A stretch of DNA of 64,000 nt from Vitreimonas sp. (GCA_035627515.1 DASPLQ010000012.1:199269-263268), one strand, 5' to 3'; counted from the stretch's first letter, positions 47,973 through 57,730 are shown. Made by a program: numbers and translations. Notes: generated from the letters alone by a model not told the origin.

Positions 47973-49055
47973 ATGTGGTCTTCGTTAATTAATATTCAAA
48001 AAGAGTTAAAAGTTTCAAGTTGGCTCGCGCCTCTTAATTTAGAGGACGAACGCAAAGAATTTTTAGAGAATCCTAACCATAATCCACAATTTAAATATCC
48101 AGATCTTCCTTTAGATGCCTTAAAGGACTCACTCAGAAATCTGGCAACCATTGAATCCAGTTTTACAGACCCTTTCGCAACCTGGCTTTTTAATCGCAAA
48201 AAAACTGAGCTAGAACTTACCCTGCAATTACTGATTAACCGCGGTAATTCAGAGTTTGGTTCTCTAGCAGCGCAACTTTATAACTGCACTTTTGATCCTG
48301 AAATCATTAGCCGTGCCAAAGTTGATGCCAGCTCTCCCCTGCCTTTTGAAAGCAAGGAGCATCGCACTCCTGATCAAATCGTTACTGGTATACAAGACTA
48401 TCTCAATGCATATGGCATCACCGACTGGCAAATCCAGATCAGTAACCAAACAGATTTTTACTTCCGTGTCCGCGCCAACAAAAAAACTATTTTGATCAGT
48501 CAAAATTTTAACTGGGATTTCTGTGATTTTGATAATATGTTAGCTCATGAAATTGATGGGCACGTTTTACGGGGAGTCAATGCTACACTTCAACCCTCCT
48601 CATTACTTAACTCGCCCCTCCCCTTTTACATCAAAACAGAAGAAGGACTAGCCTCTTTTTTAGGTGATTACTGTTCTACAACTGCTGAAATTAGCCGTAA
48701 GCATCATGCTTTAAAATACTTAGCTGGACACTTAGCAGTGAACAGTTCATTCCGTGACGTCTTTGGATTTTTAGTCGAAGCCGGCTTTACTCCACCGTTG
48801 GCTTTTCAACGCACCTTCCGACTCAAGCGCGGTTATGAAGACACGTCTTCTCCAGGCTGTTTTACCAAGGAAGCCATGTACTACGAGGGAATGAGGGAAA
48901 TTAAAACCTATCTTGATAACGGCGGCTCAGTGGAAAGTTTATACGTGGCAAAGGTGGGATTGGCGGATATTTCCCATTTGCCCTCTGCACTCATCGACAA
49001 CACAAAAATTAAAATTCCTGAGAGACTGAAAAAGTATTTGGCAACTACTCGTTAA
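47973..49055 (+). CDS. DUF1704-like (QEGLA-motif family) putative metallopeptidase-like protein
   Basis: HEIDGHVLRG (HExxxH-type) and TEEGLASFLG resembling the QEGLA signature. The family name is from memory. Confidence 0.4.
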   Translation: MWSSLINIQKELKVSSWLAPLNLEDERKEFLENPNHNPQFKYPDLPLDALKDSLRNLATIESSFTDPFATWLFNRKKTELELTLQLLINRGNSEFGSLAAQLYNCTFDPEIISRAKVDASSPLPFESKEHRTPDQIVTGIQDYLNAYGITDWQIQISNQTDFYFRVRANKKTILISQNFNWDFCDFDNMLAHEIDGHVLRGVNATLQPSSLLNSPLPFYIKTEEGLASFLGDYCSTTAEISRKHHALKYLAGHLAVNSSFRDVFGFLVEAGFTPPLAFQRTFRLKRGYEDTSSPGCFTKEAMYYEGMREIKTYLDNGGSVESLYVAKVGLADISHLPSALIDNTKIKIPERLKKYLATTR

Positions 49056-49614
49056 CCCGAGCTTGATACTCGCCGGTTTCGGTATCGATACTGAGAATTT
49101 CGCCAGTTTTGATAAAAATAGGTGCTTGAATCACCATGCCAGTTTCCATCGTGACGGGTTTTTTGGGAGCATTGATGCGATTGCCGGCTGTTGAGTCCTC
49201 GGCATACGCGACTTTGAGCTTGACGCGTGGAGGCAACTTAATGCCAATGGCCACTTCTTCATAAAATAAAATATAAACGTTTAGATCAGGAGTCATGAAG
49301 CCCAGCTTATCTTCCACTAACTCACGTGGCACTGAAACTTGGTCATAAGTGCGTGGATTCATAAACACCACATCACTACCATCATCATATAAAAACTGCA
49401 TTTCTTTACTGGAAACGTCCAGCTCTTCCACCGGTTCGACTGATTTAAAGGTGAATTCTTGAGAAGCGCCAGTTTTGACACTCTTTAATTTAGCGCGGGT
49501 AAAAGCCGAACCTTTGCCCGGACTGACAAACTCAGTTTTAGTTACTAACCAAGGAGCATCCTTGAAGAGGATGTACATGCCTTTTGCGATATTTCCACCT
49601 TTGATCATTGCCAT
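49045..49614 (-). CDS. efp: Elongation factor P
   Basis: KGMYILFKDAPWLVTKTEFVSPGKGSAFTRAKLKSVKTG, i.e. the KPGKG loop and OB domains; 189 aa. Confidence 0.9.
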   Translation of the reverse strand: MAMIKGGNIAKGMYILFKDAPWLVTKTEFVSPGKGSAFTRAKLKSVKTGASQEFTFKSVEPVEELDVSSKEMQFLYDDGSDVVFMNPRTYDQVSVPRELVEDKLGFMTPDLNVYILFYEEVAIGIKLPPRVKLKVAYAEDSTAGNRINAPKKPVTMETGMVIQAPIFIKTGEILSIDTETGEYQARVNE

Positions 49615-49653
49615 AGGGTGCTATTCTAGCTTATGGTCAGCGGTTTTGACAAC

Positions 49654-50031
49654 CTAAGCTGCTATTCCTGTTAACAGTCGTTCTTTAAACCTATCTAATC
49701 GAATCAAATTTGCACCTTCGTAGTTTGCCAAGTACCATTCATTGAACTTCCACTCTTCCATAAGCAGCCTCACACTAACCCGAGCCGATTCATAGGCTAG
49801 CTGAGGATTATTACCAAAGGCTGTCACCGCCATTACTAAGAGCTTTTGAAAGTCACTCATTTTTTCCTGGGCTTCCTTATCAAGCTCTGTTTCCGCGCCA
49901 GGTTCTAAATGATTTTTTGATGAAATTCTTAACTGGGTATGAAAGGCTAGCTCTACCAATAACTCTATGAGATCGGGATGTTTAATAAAACGTTCATTAA
50001 TAATAGGCTTTTGTTCAATGACTTTTGACAT
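49654..50031 (-). CDS. Hypothetical protein
   Basis: 125-aa ORF, unrecognised. Confidence 0.4.
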   Translation of the reverse strand: MSKVIEQKPIINERFIKHPDLIELLVELAFHTQLRISSKNHLEPGAETELDKEAQEKMSDFQKLLVMAVTAFGNNPQLAYESARVSVRLLMEEWKFNEWYLANYEGANLIRLDRFKERLLTGIAA

Positions 50032-50136
50032 GCCCCGATTGTACCACCACCAAAAAAGAGATGAGCAAAGGAGTAAACGCTCACCTCTTCTTGGTCTGTC
50101 CAGCGGCTATAAAGTGAATTTATAACCCGCCATTTG

Positions 50137-50493
50137 TTATGAATCATTTCGGGAACGTGTCCCGTCAGTGCGATCTTGGGAAGCCATGCCACCCAAACCG
50201 ACTGTCTCCTTTAAATTCGTCACACTTTGATTAATAGCTTCTCTGCCCTTCTCACTCATCACCCGATCCATGACATCACGCATTTTTTGGCGATCAGGTG
50301 TTAGATCTGCGATGAATTGAGAAATTTTCTCGCGGTATTCATCATTTGAAAGCAAAGCTCCCACTGCGGCTCCGACGGCTGCTCCAGCGGCTACACCGAC
50401 AATCACGGGTGAGTTCTTGCGCAGAGTCCGCGAGTTAATCATCCGACGAGCTTCCTTCTTAGCGTCATCCACCATTTCATAAGCGCTGCTCAT
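50137..50493 (-). CDS. YtxH-like protein with a Gly/Ala-zipper helix
   Basis: VIVGVAAGAAVGAAVGALLSNDEYREKISQFIADL. The track ORF extends to 50556. Confidence 0.4.
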   Translation of the reverse strand: MSSAYEMVDDAKKEARRMINSRTLRKNSPVIVGVAAGAAVGAAVGALLSNDEYREKISQFIADLTPDRQKMRDVMDRVMSEKGREAINQSVTNLKETVGLGGMASQDRTDGTRSRNDS

Positions 50494-50593
50494 GCCATTG
50501 GTTTGAGTTTGGCTCGCTCGCTGGCCATTTGTTTTTTTTGCTGCTGTTCGTGGCATACTATCTCCTGGTAAATACTTAATACTTATCTATCTA

Positions 50594-51133
50594 TTACCAA
50601 GTTTGATTAACTTGGTGAGTTTGTTGAGCACCCTTAGTTTCTAAGAAAGCGCGAATATCATCGGTAGTTCCTTCGGGAACTGGGACAACTAATAACACTG
50701 CGCCTTCGCGAATACGTTCTTCATAATACCGAGCGGTCTCTTCGGGCAGTCCCCAACCCATTAATGCACCTAATAAACCTCCTGCTAGGGCACCCGTGGC
50801 GGCTGCCGAAACGGTGGTAGCGGCGGCGCCGGTCAGACCTAACGCGGCTACAATGGGACCTCCTACCAATACCGCTCCCAACCCCGGAATGGTTAAGGCA
50901 CCCACACCGACTAACAAACCTGCGAGTGCCCCCAGGGCGCCACCGGTGGTGGCGCCTGAGACTGCACCAGTAGCTGCGGAGTTTGCCGCATTAGTGGCTG
51001 GCACGCCCCCTTCTACGGTCTCTCTCATAATGATTGATAAATCTTTGGCGTTATAACCGCGTCCTTGGAGTGCTGTCACTGCAGCATCTGCTTGAGCACG
51101 ATCATTAAAAATAGCTAACACTGTACTTGCCAT
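50594..51133 (-). CDS. YflT-type general stress protein domain followed by a glycine-zipper membrane segment
   Basis: VLAIFNDRAQADAAVTALQGRGYNAKDLSII matches the YflT/GsiB-like N-terminus. The C-terminus is Gly/Ala-rich and hydrophobic. Confidence 0.5.
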   Translation of the reverse strand: MASTVLAIFNDRAQADAAVTALQGRGYNAKDLSIIMRETVEGGVPATNAANSAATGAVSGATTGGALGALAGLLVGVGALTIPGLGAVLVGGPIVAALGLTGAAATTVSAAATGALAGGLLGALMGWGLPEETARYYEERIREGAVLLVVPVPEGTTDDIRAFLETKGAQQTHQVNQTW

Positions 51134-51351
51134 ACGTCTTCTCCTTCAAGTAAGATCACACACCACTACTACTCCTGCCTAAAATAAAGTTTTAGACAGG
51201 AGCCCATCACTATTATTGTTGACGGAAGTGAGTTAAACGATCCCAGGGCATAAAGTCCTTCTTGAAATAATACTTATTACTATGAGGATGATCATAGAAA
51301 CATAACCACACAATCTAATGTGGGAGCTGTAAGAAATGAGCAAGAGTTGGA

Positions 51352-51981
51352 ATGTGGTATATTAGTAACTCTATGAAAAATATCTTGACCATTGCGAGTA
51401 TTATCTTAATTGTCTCTATTTTGGGATTCATTATTTCGCGTAGCGTCAGCAGTCCTTTCGGCGTACCTGAAACGGTTTTTACCGCCTCACCTCAAACAGT
51501 GATTAAAGAACTCCAACAGTTACAGCGCTTAGAAACGGCGTCATTTACCATTGAAAAAGTGATCGAAGCTGGCAGCAATGGCAATGTTTTTCAAGAAATT
51601 TTATACGGAGATCATTTATTATTAATTGCTAATGGTCAAGTTATTGCGGGCTTTGATTTTTCAGAATTAAAGGAAGACAGTATTCAAGTTTCTGGCACTA
51701 CGCTGCATTTGCAACTCCCAGCCCCTAAAATTTTGGTTTCCAGTTTAGATAATGAACAAACCCGCGTCTACGATCGCAGAATGGGCTTACTCTCAAAAGG
51801 TAATAAAGACTTAGAAACACAAGCTCGTCTGCAAGCTGAACGTATTATCACCCAAGCCGCTTGCGAAGGAATGATCCTTGATAAAGCTAGTGAAAATGGC
51901 CGGCAGCAATTAATTGCCTTATTCACTGCTCTCGGTTTTACCCAGGTGACAATTGATATTCCCACTAGTACCTGTCAGTAA
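51352..51981 (+). CDS. DUF4230-like membrane-anchored protein
   Basis: N-terminal TM helix, then LETASFTIEKVIE...LLLIANGQVIAGFDFSEL, the characteristic DUF4230 pattern. Confidence 0.45.
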   Translation: MWYISNSMKNILTIASIILIVSILGFIISRSVSSPFGVPETVFTASPQTVIKELQQLQRLETASFTIEKVIEAGSNGNVFQEILYGDHLLLIANGQVIAGFDFSELKEDSIQVSGTTLHLQLPAPKILVSSLDNEQTRVYDRRMGLLSKGNKDLETQARLQAERIITQAACEGMILDKASENGRQQLIALFTALGFTQVTIDIPTSTCQ

Positions 51982-52070
51982 ATTCTCATCTAGTTCTTAC
52001 CTGTCCCCTATTTGCCTGTAATAGTCCTAGCGTATTGTAGATACGTAATAACTATTCGACAGGAGGTCCC

Positions 52071-52280
52071 ATGGTGACAGTCGTCAATCAAACTCCCGGT
52101 GATACCGCTAGTAGTTCGGGAGTGAACTCATTATTAGGCTTGGCATTATTTTTCATTGCCTTGGTGCTTTTCTTTTACTATGCCTTACCGGCAATGAGAA
52201 ATTCATTTAGCGGTCCATCATTCAGTGTCCCTGAACAAGTGGATGTTAATGTCAACACCCCGACTAATCCCGCACCCTAA
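52071..52280 (+). CDS. Small membrane protein (69 aa)
   Basis: AGGAGG 5 nt upstream of ATG, one TM helix, and a strong terminator immediately downstream. Confidence 0.55.
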   Translation: MVTVVNQTPGDTASSSGVNSLLGLALFFIALVLFFYYALPAMRNSFSGPSFSVPEQVDVNVNTPTNPAP

Positions 52281-52300
52281 GAGCGGGAGATAAGATCCAA

Positions 52301-52334
52301 CTACCCTAAGCTCCGCTTAGGGTAGTTTTTTTAT
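52301..52334 (+). terminator. Rho-independent terminator
   Basis: Perfect 11-bp stem CTACCCTAAGC-TCC-GCTTAGGGTAG followed by TTTTTTTAT. Confidence 0.8.
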
Positions 52335-52386
52335 GCCACTCAGTGGCATACAACTTAGCAATACTTAATTGGAAACAAATAAAAAA

Positions 52387-53541
52387 TTAATATCTGAAGG
52401 TAGCTGCGACTGCGGTTTGGCTGGGAACTTGTTCAGGTGGTAAGACATAGGCGCGACCACCTCGCAATAAGGTTTGGGCACATGCTAAATCATAAAGATC
52501 GTGCGTAAGAGGTTTTTCTTCACTGGCAAACGTGACGCTCAGCGTAGCTGGGTCAAACTCACCCCATTTTCTAACGCCTTGGCCCACAATCAAAGTGTCA
52601 ACCCGTCCCAAAGCAGCCTGCCGTAAAATCTCTGCCAGATCATTCGACACTCTTTCATCGGGCTCTTCTAGATACTGAGAAATAGCTGCTTGTTCTTGTT
52701 GTTTGAAATAAGGCGCAAGTGTCGTGAAAGCCAATCGATGCAACGCTGTAATTGGTTGGTGGTCAATCAAAGCCGGCAACGTTTCTGCCACAAGGTTGGG
52801 ACACTCACTAAACTGCGCATACCGTGTGGTCTCGTATTCGGGGCCACTGACGATTAACGGCAAACTGCTGGTAGCTAAATACTTCGTAACAGCTTTATCA
52901 ACTGCATTCAAAAAGCGTTCTAAATATTTTTGTTTATCATCTTTCCATGATGAAGAATGGCCATGAAATGAAGCGGGGCGCCGGCCACTTTTTTCAGCAG
53001 TAGTCCCGGTATGAAAAGTGAGGTGGCGTTCATTTGTTTCGCTCCCTACGACGCTTTCCATATTAGTTGGAAGGTCTGGAACTAACACGGGATATAAGTC
53101 GTAGCGATTGCCTTTCAACAGCTCTACATGCTGCTGACTAATGGCTAACACATAAAACTCACATTGGTCTGTGAGAAGCGGCAATAATGGCTTTAAGTGA
53201 AACCGGTGTGAGACATGAGCAAACGATCGCACTGGAGTAGGCAAACGAAAATAGCAATGAAAATCGGGAGAGGTAAACATAGCCAGTGACTTATGACCTG
53301 CTTGCCAAAAACCTTTTTCTGTTACCATTTCGTTAATAGCTTTGACGATGAGCTCCAGCTCTTTATCTGCTAAATCTACGCGACTCAGTTGCTCTAAAGC
53401 ACTGTCCATCAAGTGTTTAAATTGTATTTCAGTCCCTGGAACATCAGCTCCTACTTGTGCTGTCGGCATATAGAGCGACACACATCGACCGTGAGAATAT
53501 TCTAAGAGTTCTTGAAATTTTTGAGGAGTTAAAGTCACCAT
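52387..53541 (-). CDS. Bacterial eRF1/Pelota-like (baeRF-type) protein
   Basis: The C-terminal domain LGRVDTLIVGQG...RAYVLPPEQV...AVAATFRY parallels eRF1/Pelota domain 3 (MGAVETLIV...GGILRY). No GGQ is seen. Confidence 0.4.
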   Translation of the reverse strand: MVTLTPQKFQELLEYSHGRCVSLYMPTAQVGADVPGTEIQFKHLMDSALEQLSRVDLADKELELIVKAINEMVTEKGFWQAGHKSLAMFTSPDFHCYFRLPTPVRSFAHVSHRFHLKPLLPLLTDQCEFYVLAISQQHVELLKGNRYDLYPVLVPDLPTNMESVVGSETNERHLTFHTGTTAEKSGRRPASFHGHSSSWKDDKQKYLERFLNAVDKAVTKYLATSSLPLIVSGPEYETTRYAQFSECPNLVAETLPALIDHQPITALHRLAFTTLAPYFKQQEQAAISQYLEEPDERVSNDLAEILRQAALGRVDTLIVGQGVRKWGEFDPATLSVTFASEEKPLTHDLYDLACAQTLLRGGRAYVLPPEQVPSQTAVAATFRY

Positions 53542-53591
53542 AATATATAGATGACTATAGAGGGTAACTTTAAGAATCGAGGTAGGATTTT

Positions 53592-54077
53592 CTAAGAGTT
53601 TGGTGAGGAATCATGATAATGCGGCATTATCTCCATCACTAGATACATGCTGACTAGCGTAATAGCAATTGTTACCCAATCACCTCGCAACAATAAAAAG
53701 GGCACGTTTAAAAGGTCGATAAAAGTTATCCAAAATAAATAAATCCACCCATTAATTTCCCGGCGATGTAGTGGTAAAACTGCAACTGCACATAACACTA
53801 AGGCAAAAATTTTGAGCAAAGGCAGCACATACAGCGCTAACATCACAAAGATCATAACTGGATCGCCTAAAATGGTCTTAAAGTCGAGCTGTGAGATGAC
53901 TTCTATGAGCTGGACAATAAACCCTAAATTCACAAATAAACTTATTCCCACTAGAAAGGGTGAAATGATCACCATTGTCTCTGCTAAGTAGTGCGGCAAC
54001 TTGGGAAATTGGCAAAAAAATTCGTCAAAGTGATTGATGATTTTAAGTGCTCGTAAGCTGCTTAAAAAGCCTAACAT
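53592..54077 (-). CDS. Polytopic membrane protein
   Basis: About 4 TM helices, co-directional with the baeRF-like gene. The track ORF extends to 54125. Confidence 0.4.
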   Translation of the reverse strand: MLGFLSSLRALKIINHFDEFFCQFPKLPHYLAETMVIISPFLVGISLFVNLGFIVQLIEVISQLDFKTILGDPVMIFVMLALYVLPLLKIFALVLCAVAVLPLHRREINGWIYLFWITFIDLLNVPFLLLRGDWVTIAITLVSMYLVMEIMPHYHDSSPNS

Positions 54078-54078
54078 A

Positions 54079-54741
54079 TTATTTGATCTCAATTGAGCGA
54101 ATAATTTGATCGAGGTCACGCTCATAGCCTAGATGACCGGGGTCTTCTAATAAAGCTGTGACTTCGATTACGTCTCTGGGATTATCCTTAAAGTGAAAAA
54201 AATAATGAGTATAATCACCCAAACTTCCCACGCGGATACTATATCCTTGTTTAGTGCCAATAGTAATATTTTTTTGAGGGTCAAGAATTTTATTAATAGG
54301 ATCCTCAGTTATTTCTTGAAGTCTTTGTGTTGACCAGCTCTCAAAAGTTTGGCCATCTCCCAATTTTATTACTTTAATCCACACTACTAAGGCATCAATA
54401 TAATGACTATTCATTCCTTGTTGAGGACCTACTTTAATTAGTTTAAGACCACCGTTCTCATGTTCCTGCTTGTAGCCTGCAGGAGGGCTTATGGAAAAAT
54501 CATTGATATTGTCACTTTCAGTCTTAGGTAGCGGGCTAAAGCTAGGGCAAGGCGTAAATTCACACTCTGGTCCACTCCGCCCCACTGATGAACCGTCCGG
54601 ACATATTTTGGCTTCTAGGGTGCAAACTTGATGGAGTTCTGGGCCCATTTGTTGAGACCGTATGACTCCTAATAAAATGCGTGTGCCAATCACCCCCATG
54701 ATAATGGCAAAGAGAGCGATGATCTGGAGTTTTTTGGGCAT
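54079..54741 (-). CDS. Membrane-anchored / secreted Cys-containing protein
   Basis: N-terminal signal/anchor, Cys-rich linker (CTLEAKICPDGS...CEFTPCPS) and a globular C-terminal domain. Confidence 0.4.
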   Translation of the reverse strand: MPKKLQIIALFAIIMGVIGTRILLGVIRSQQMGPELHQVCTLEAKICPDGSSVGRSGPECEFTPCPSFSPLPKTESDNINDFSISPPAGYKQEHENGGLKLIKVGPQQGMNSHYIDALVVWIKVIKLGDGQTFESWSTQRLQEITEDPINKILDPQKNITIGTKQGYSIRVGSLGDYTHYFFHFKDNPRDVIEVTALLEDPGHLGYERDLDQIIRSIEIK

Positions 54742-54769
54742 AGAGCCATTATAATATAACCTGATTAAT

Positions 54770-55501
54770 ATGAATCCTTATCTTTATTTAGATCATCTGT
54801 TGCTTAGAGTAAGTAAAGCCTTTTGGCAGTTATCACTGCTCAAAAAAATCATCATCATGTTTAGTTTGGGGAGTGCTAGCATCGTGATCTTGCTATCATC
54901 TTTGTGGTTAATAAACTGGTGGGTTCACACCAGCACTATTTCTCTCATCACCACTCCCAGCCAGGTTGACGCTCCCTACCAAACTGCCCTCGTCCTCGGC
55001 GCCAAGGTCTATAGCGATGGTGGGCTGAGTCATATGACTCAAGATCGTGCTGACACGGCTATCGAACTCTACCGCACCAGCAAAGTCAAAACTATTTTGA
55101 TTAGCGGCGACCACGGTCAAAAAACGTATGATGAGGTTAACACTATAAAAAACTATTTATTAGCCCAAGACATTCCACCCGAAGTTATCTTCCTCGACCA
55201 CGCAGGCTTTGATACGTATGATAGTTTGTATCGAGCGCGAGAAGTTTTCCAAGTGGAGTCGGTAATTATTGTCACCCAAGCCTTCCACCTGCCTCGAGCC
55301 TTGTTTATTGCCCAAAATTTAGGAATTAATGCCGTGGGTGTGAGTGCCGACCGGCGTGAGTACGCTGGCGCATCACGAAATGAAGTCCGAGAACGATTAG
55401 CCACTTTGAAGGCAGCTTTTAATGTCTTAACAGCTGCTCCTCCCCAGTATTTGGGTGAACCTATTCCCCTGAGTGGTAACAGTCGAAAAAGTTGGGATTA
55501 A
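54770..55501 (+). CDS. SanA/YdcF (DUF218) family protein
   Basis: TM anchor plus ALVLGAKVYSDGGLSHMTQDRADTAIELYRTSKVKTILISGDHG, the DUF218 core. Confidence 0.65.
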   Translation: MNPYLYLDHLLLRVSKAFWQLSLLKKIIIMFSLGSASIVILLSSLWLINWWVHTSTISLITTPSQVDAPYQTALVLGAKVYSDGGLSHMTQDRADTAIELYRTSKVKTILISGDHGQKTYDEVNTIKNYLLAQDIPPEVIFLDHAGFDTYDSLYRAREVFQVESVIIVTQAFHLPRALFIAQNLGINAVGVSADRREYAGASRNEVRERLATLKAAFNVLTAAPPQYLGEPIPLSGNSRKSWD

Positions 55502-55581
55502 AAACGGTCATGGTTCCAATCATACTTCCTTTTTGAAACTAAATTTCTGAGTGACATAAAAAGCACACAAAAGTGGTATAT

Positions 55582-56715
55582 TTATGTCACTGTTTTTAAT
55601 AGATCTTTCGAGGCAATCATAGGTTTTTCCAATGACAAGTTGCGGGCGAGTTCATTAATCATCCTAGGTAAATACAGCGGCGGTTCGCCCCTTAAATAAG
55701 CACTCCAATTTAAAACACTGATCAATGACCTCACATCTCTTAGCGGCGCAGTACACCTTGCATACCACGGCACTCCTATATTTTTGTTGTACCACATAGA
55801 GGTGTGACCAAATGGTCGATCAGTTCTTAGCCAATCTTCATCGTTGGGTTTAATCCCCATTTGTATATTCAATAACTTTTTCAAACGCTTTAATTGTTGC
55901 ATCTCTGGTGGGATGTAGGTCGACTGCGGCCATTTGCTCTCTCCCAAACTGTGAACATCATTAATGAACATCACTGGCACTTCGTTCTTAAATGATTGTT
56001 CAGCTAAAACTTCACCTGCTAGCTCCGACAATAACTTTAGCGCTACCTGCGTATAAGTCAGATCAGCTTTTTTGATGGGATGACGGAGCTGATCTCTTTT
56101 TTTCTCAGGCAACCTTTTGACTAAAGCGTGGACGGCATCTAACAATAAATTAAGCTGCTCATCATTGAGCTGTAGACCCTCATCCATTCCTAACTCTAAG
56201 TATGACTCAGCTTCAGTTGTTGTTAGAGCACGTTTGTTAGTAAACACCGATTCAAAAATCTGCGGCTGACTCCATTTCCCTGTTTGAGGATCAACTTCTA
56301 CCGAAATGGTCAATGTTGGTCTTTTCTGATCGGGCACCAAACTGTACTTTTCAATCACTTTGAGCGGCACCATGGGTTGAATCATTCGGCCATTTTCGTA
56401 TTCAGTTCTTTTTCTTACGTTCACCTGCTGAAATAATTCTGGCAGGGCTTTAAAAATTCCGTAGGGATTAACAATATAAATGCCAACTTTGATATGGCCA
56501 TTCGCTAATCTCTCAAAGCAATAGCCTTGTTCGGCATCCATTATTTCACGAGGGGTAGGTTTAGTGGTATCAAGAGTAAAACCAGTCTCATGCGGTAGTA
56601 ATTTACCATCTCTTTCTAGTAGGTCTTCCGGTCCTAAAAAAAATGAGGTAACTTTGAGATCCAGAGCACTGGTTGAGGGTAATAAAAATTCTTGTGGCAC
56701 GCAAATATTATACAA
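55582..56715 (-). CDS. RNB-like (RNase II/R catalytic-domain) protein with a degenerate active site and no flanking CSD/S1 domains
   Basis: LLPHETGFTLDTTKPTPREIMDAEQG...GHIKVGIYIVNPYGIF parallels the RNase R block LPFVTID...KDFDDAVS...GGWRLGVHIADVSHYV, with DFDDA replaced by EIMDA. The C-terminal YARCTAPLRDV parallels YTHFTSPIRRY. Confidence 0.4.
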   Translation of the reverse strand: MYNICVPQEFLLPSTSALDLKVTSFFLGPEDLLERDGKLLPHETGFTLDTTKPTPREIMDAEQGYCFERLANGHIKVGIYIVNPYGIFKALPELFQQVNVRKRTEYENGRMIQPMVPLKVIEKYSLVPDQKRPTLTISVEVDPQTGKWSQPQIFESVFTNKRALTTTEAESYLELGMDEGLQLNDEQLNLLLDAVHALVKRLPEKKRDQLRHPIKKADLTYTQVALKLLSELAGEVLAEQSFKNEVPVMFINDVHSLGESKWPQSTYIPPEMQQLKRLKKLLNIQMGIKPNDEDWLRTDRPFGHTSMWYNKNIGVPWYARCTAPLRDVRSLISVLNWSAYLRGEPPLYLPRMINELARNLSLEKPMIASKDLLKTVT

Positions 56716-56740
56716 TCACCCCTTCGCGTATAATTACCTG

Positions 56741-56965
56741 ATGCACAACATCTCCGCCGGTGTTTACCAACACTACAAAGGTAAGAAATACTTAGTTCTG
56801 GGTATCGCTAAACATAGCGAAACTCTAGAAGATCTAGTGGTGTATGTGAATTTATATGAGAATGAGGCCTCGAATTTGTGGGTACGGCCTGCAGAAATGT
56901 TTGCAGGGGAAGTGATGGTGGATGGCCATCCCCTCCCCCGCTTTAAACGAGTTGCCGATCAATAA
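56741..56965 (+). CDS. DUF1653 domain protein
   Basis: GVYQHYKGKKYLVLGIAKHSETLEDLVVYVNLYEN matches the DUF1653 pattern. The track ORF starts at 56564 inside the upstream gene. Confidence 0.55.
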   Translation: MHNISAGVYQHYKGKKYLVLGIAKHSETLEDLVVYVNLYENEASNLWVRPAEMFAGEVMVDGHPLPRFKRVADQ

Positions 56966-56983
56966 TCTGCTTCAATTTTAAAA

Positions 56984-57730
56984 TTATTTACCATTATCAG
57001 CGAAGTATGCCATCGCGTCGCACATAAACTGTGCTAACTCTGGGTGGTACTTATCATAAAAGGCTTTGAAGCGTGGATCTTCTACGTAACCCTTGCCTAA
57101 TTCTTTAAAAACTGGCAATGTGCAGTCAAAGAAACGGTTAGTGTTTTCATAATGTTCACTAATCATGGTCTGGACTTGGGCATCTGCTACCCCTTTAGGC
57201 ATCAACGCCACCAGCTTAGTATGGAAAGCATCCATATCTGCTTTCAGGCGGTCATAATCTGCTTGTTTCCAGTCCTTCATGTAGGCATCACTTTTGTCCG
57301 TAGCGTGCTGACCATACTTTTTTTTGATTTCTTGGCGGTACTTTTCCGCTTGGTCTTTAGTAAAACCACCTAACATTTGTTGATCATTCATAGGTTGTGT
57401 TCCTTTCAATTGGTCGATAGTGGCATCAATGGTTTTGAGCAGGTTCGTCAACCGCTTTTTTTCAAGTAATAATAACTGTCGCTGATCTCTGAGCGCGCTG
57501 AGCTGATCAAAATGTGGTGAAGATAACATGGCCTGAATTTGTTCCAGCGAAAAATCAAGTTCTCGAAAAAACAAAATTTGTTGTAACCTCACTACTTCGG
57601 TATGCTCATAGAGTCGATAACCGTTGTCCTGATTGACCCGCGGGATCAATAACCCCAGCTCATCATAGTAATGGAGCGTGCGCACACTCACACCAGCTAG
57701 TTGAGCTAATTGTTTGACGGTATAGGCCAT
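56984..57730 (-). CDS. MerR-family regulator with a TipAS-like C-terminal domain
   Basis: N-terminal HTH YTVKQLAQLAGVSVRTLHYYDELGLL, a coiled-coil linker and a C-terminal effector domain of TipAS size. Confidence 0.75.
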   Translation of the reverse strand: MAYTVKQLAQLAGVSVRTLHYYDELGLLIPRVNQDNGYRLYEHTEVVRLQQILFFRELDFSLEQIQAMLSSPHFDQLSALRDQRQLLLLEKKRLTNLLKTIDATIDQLKGTQPMNDQQMLGGFTKDQAEKYRQEIKKKYGQHATDKSDAYMKDWKQADYDRLKADMDAFHTKLVALMPKGVADAQVQTMISEHYENTNRFFDCTLPVFKELGKGYVEDPRFKAFYDKYHPELAQFMCDAMAYFADNGK

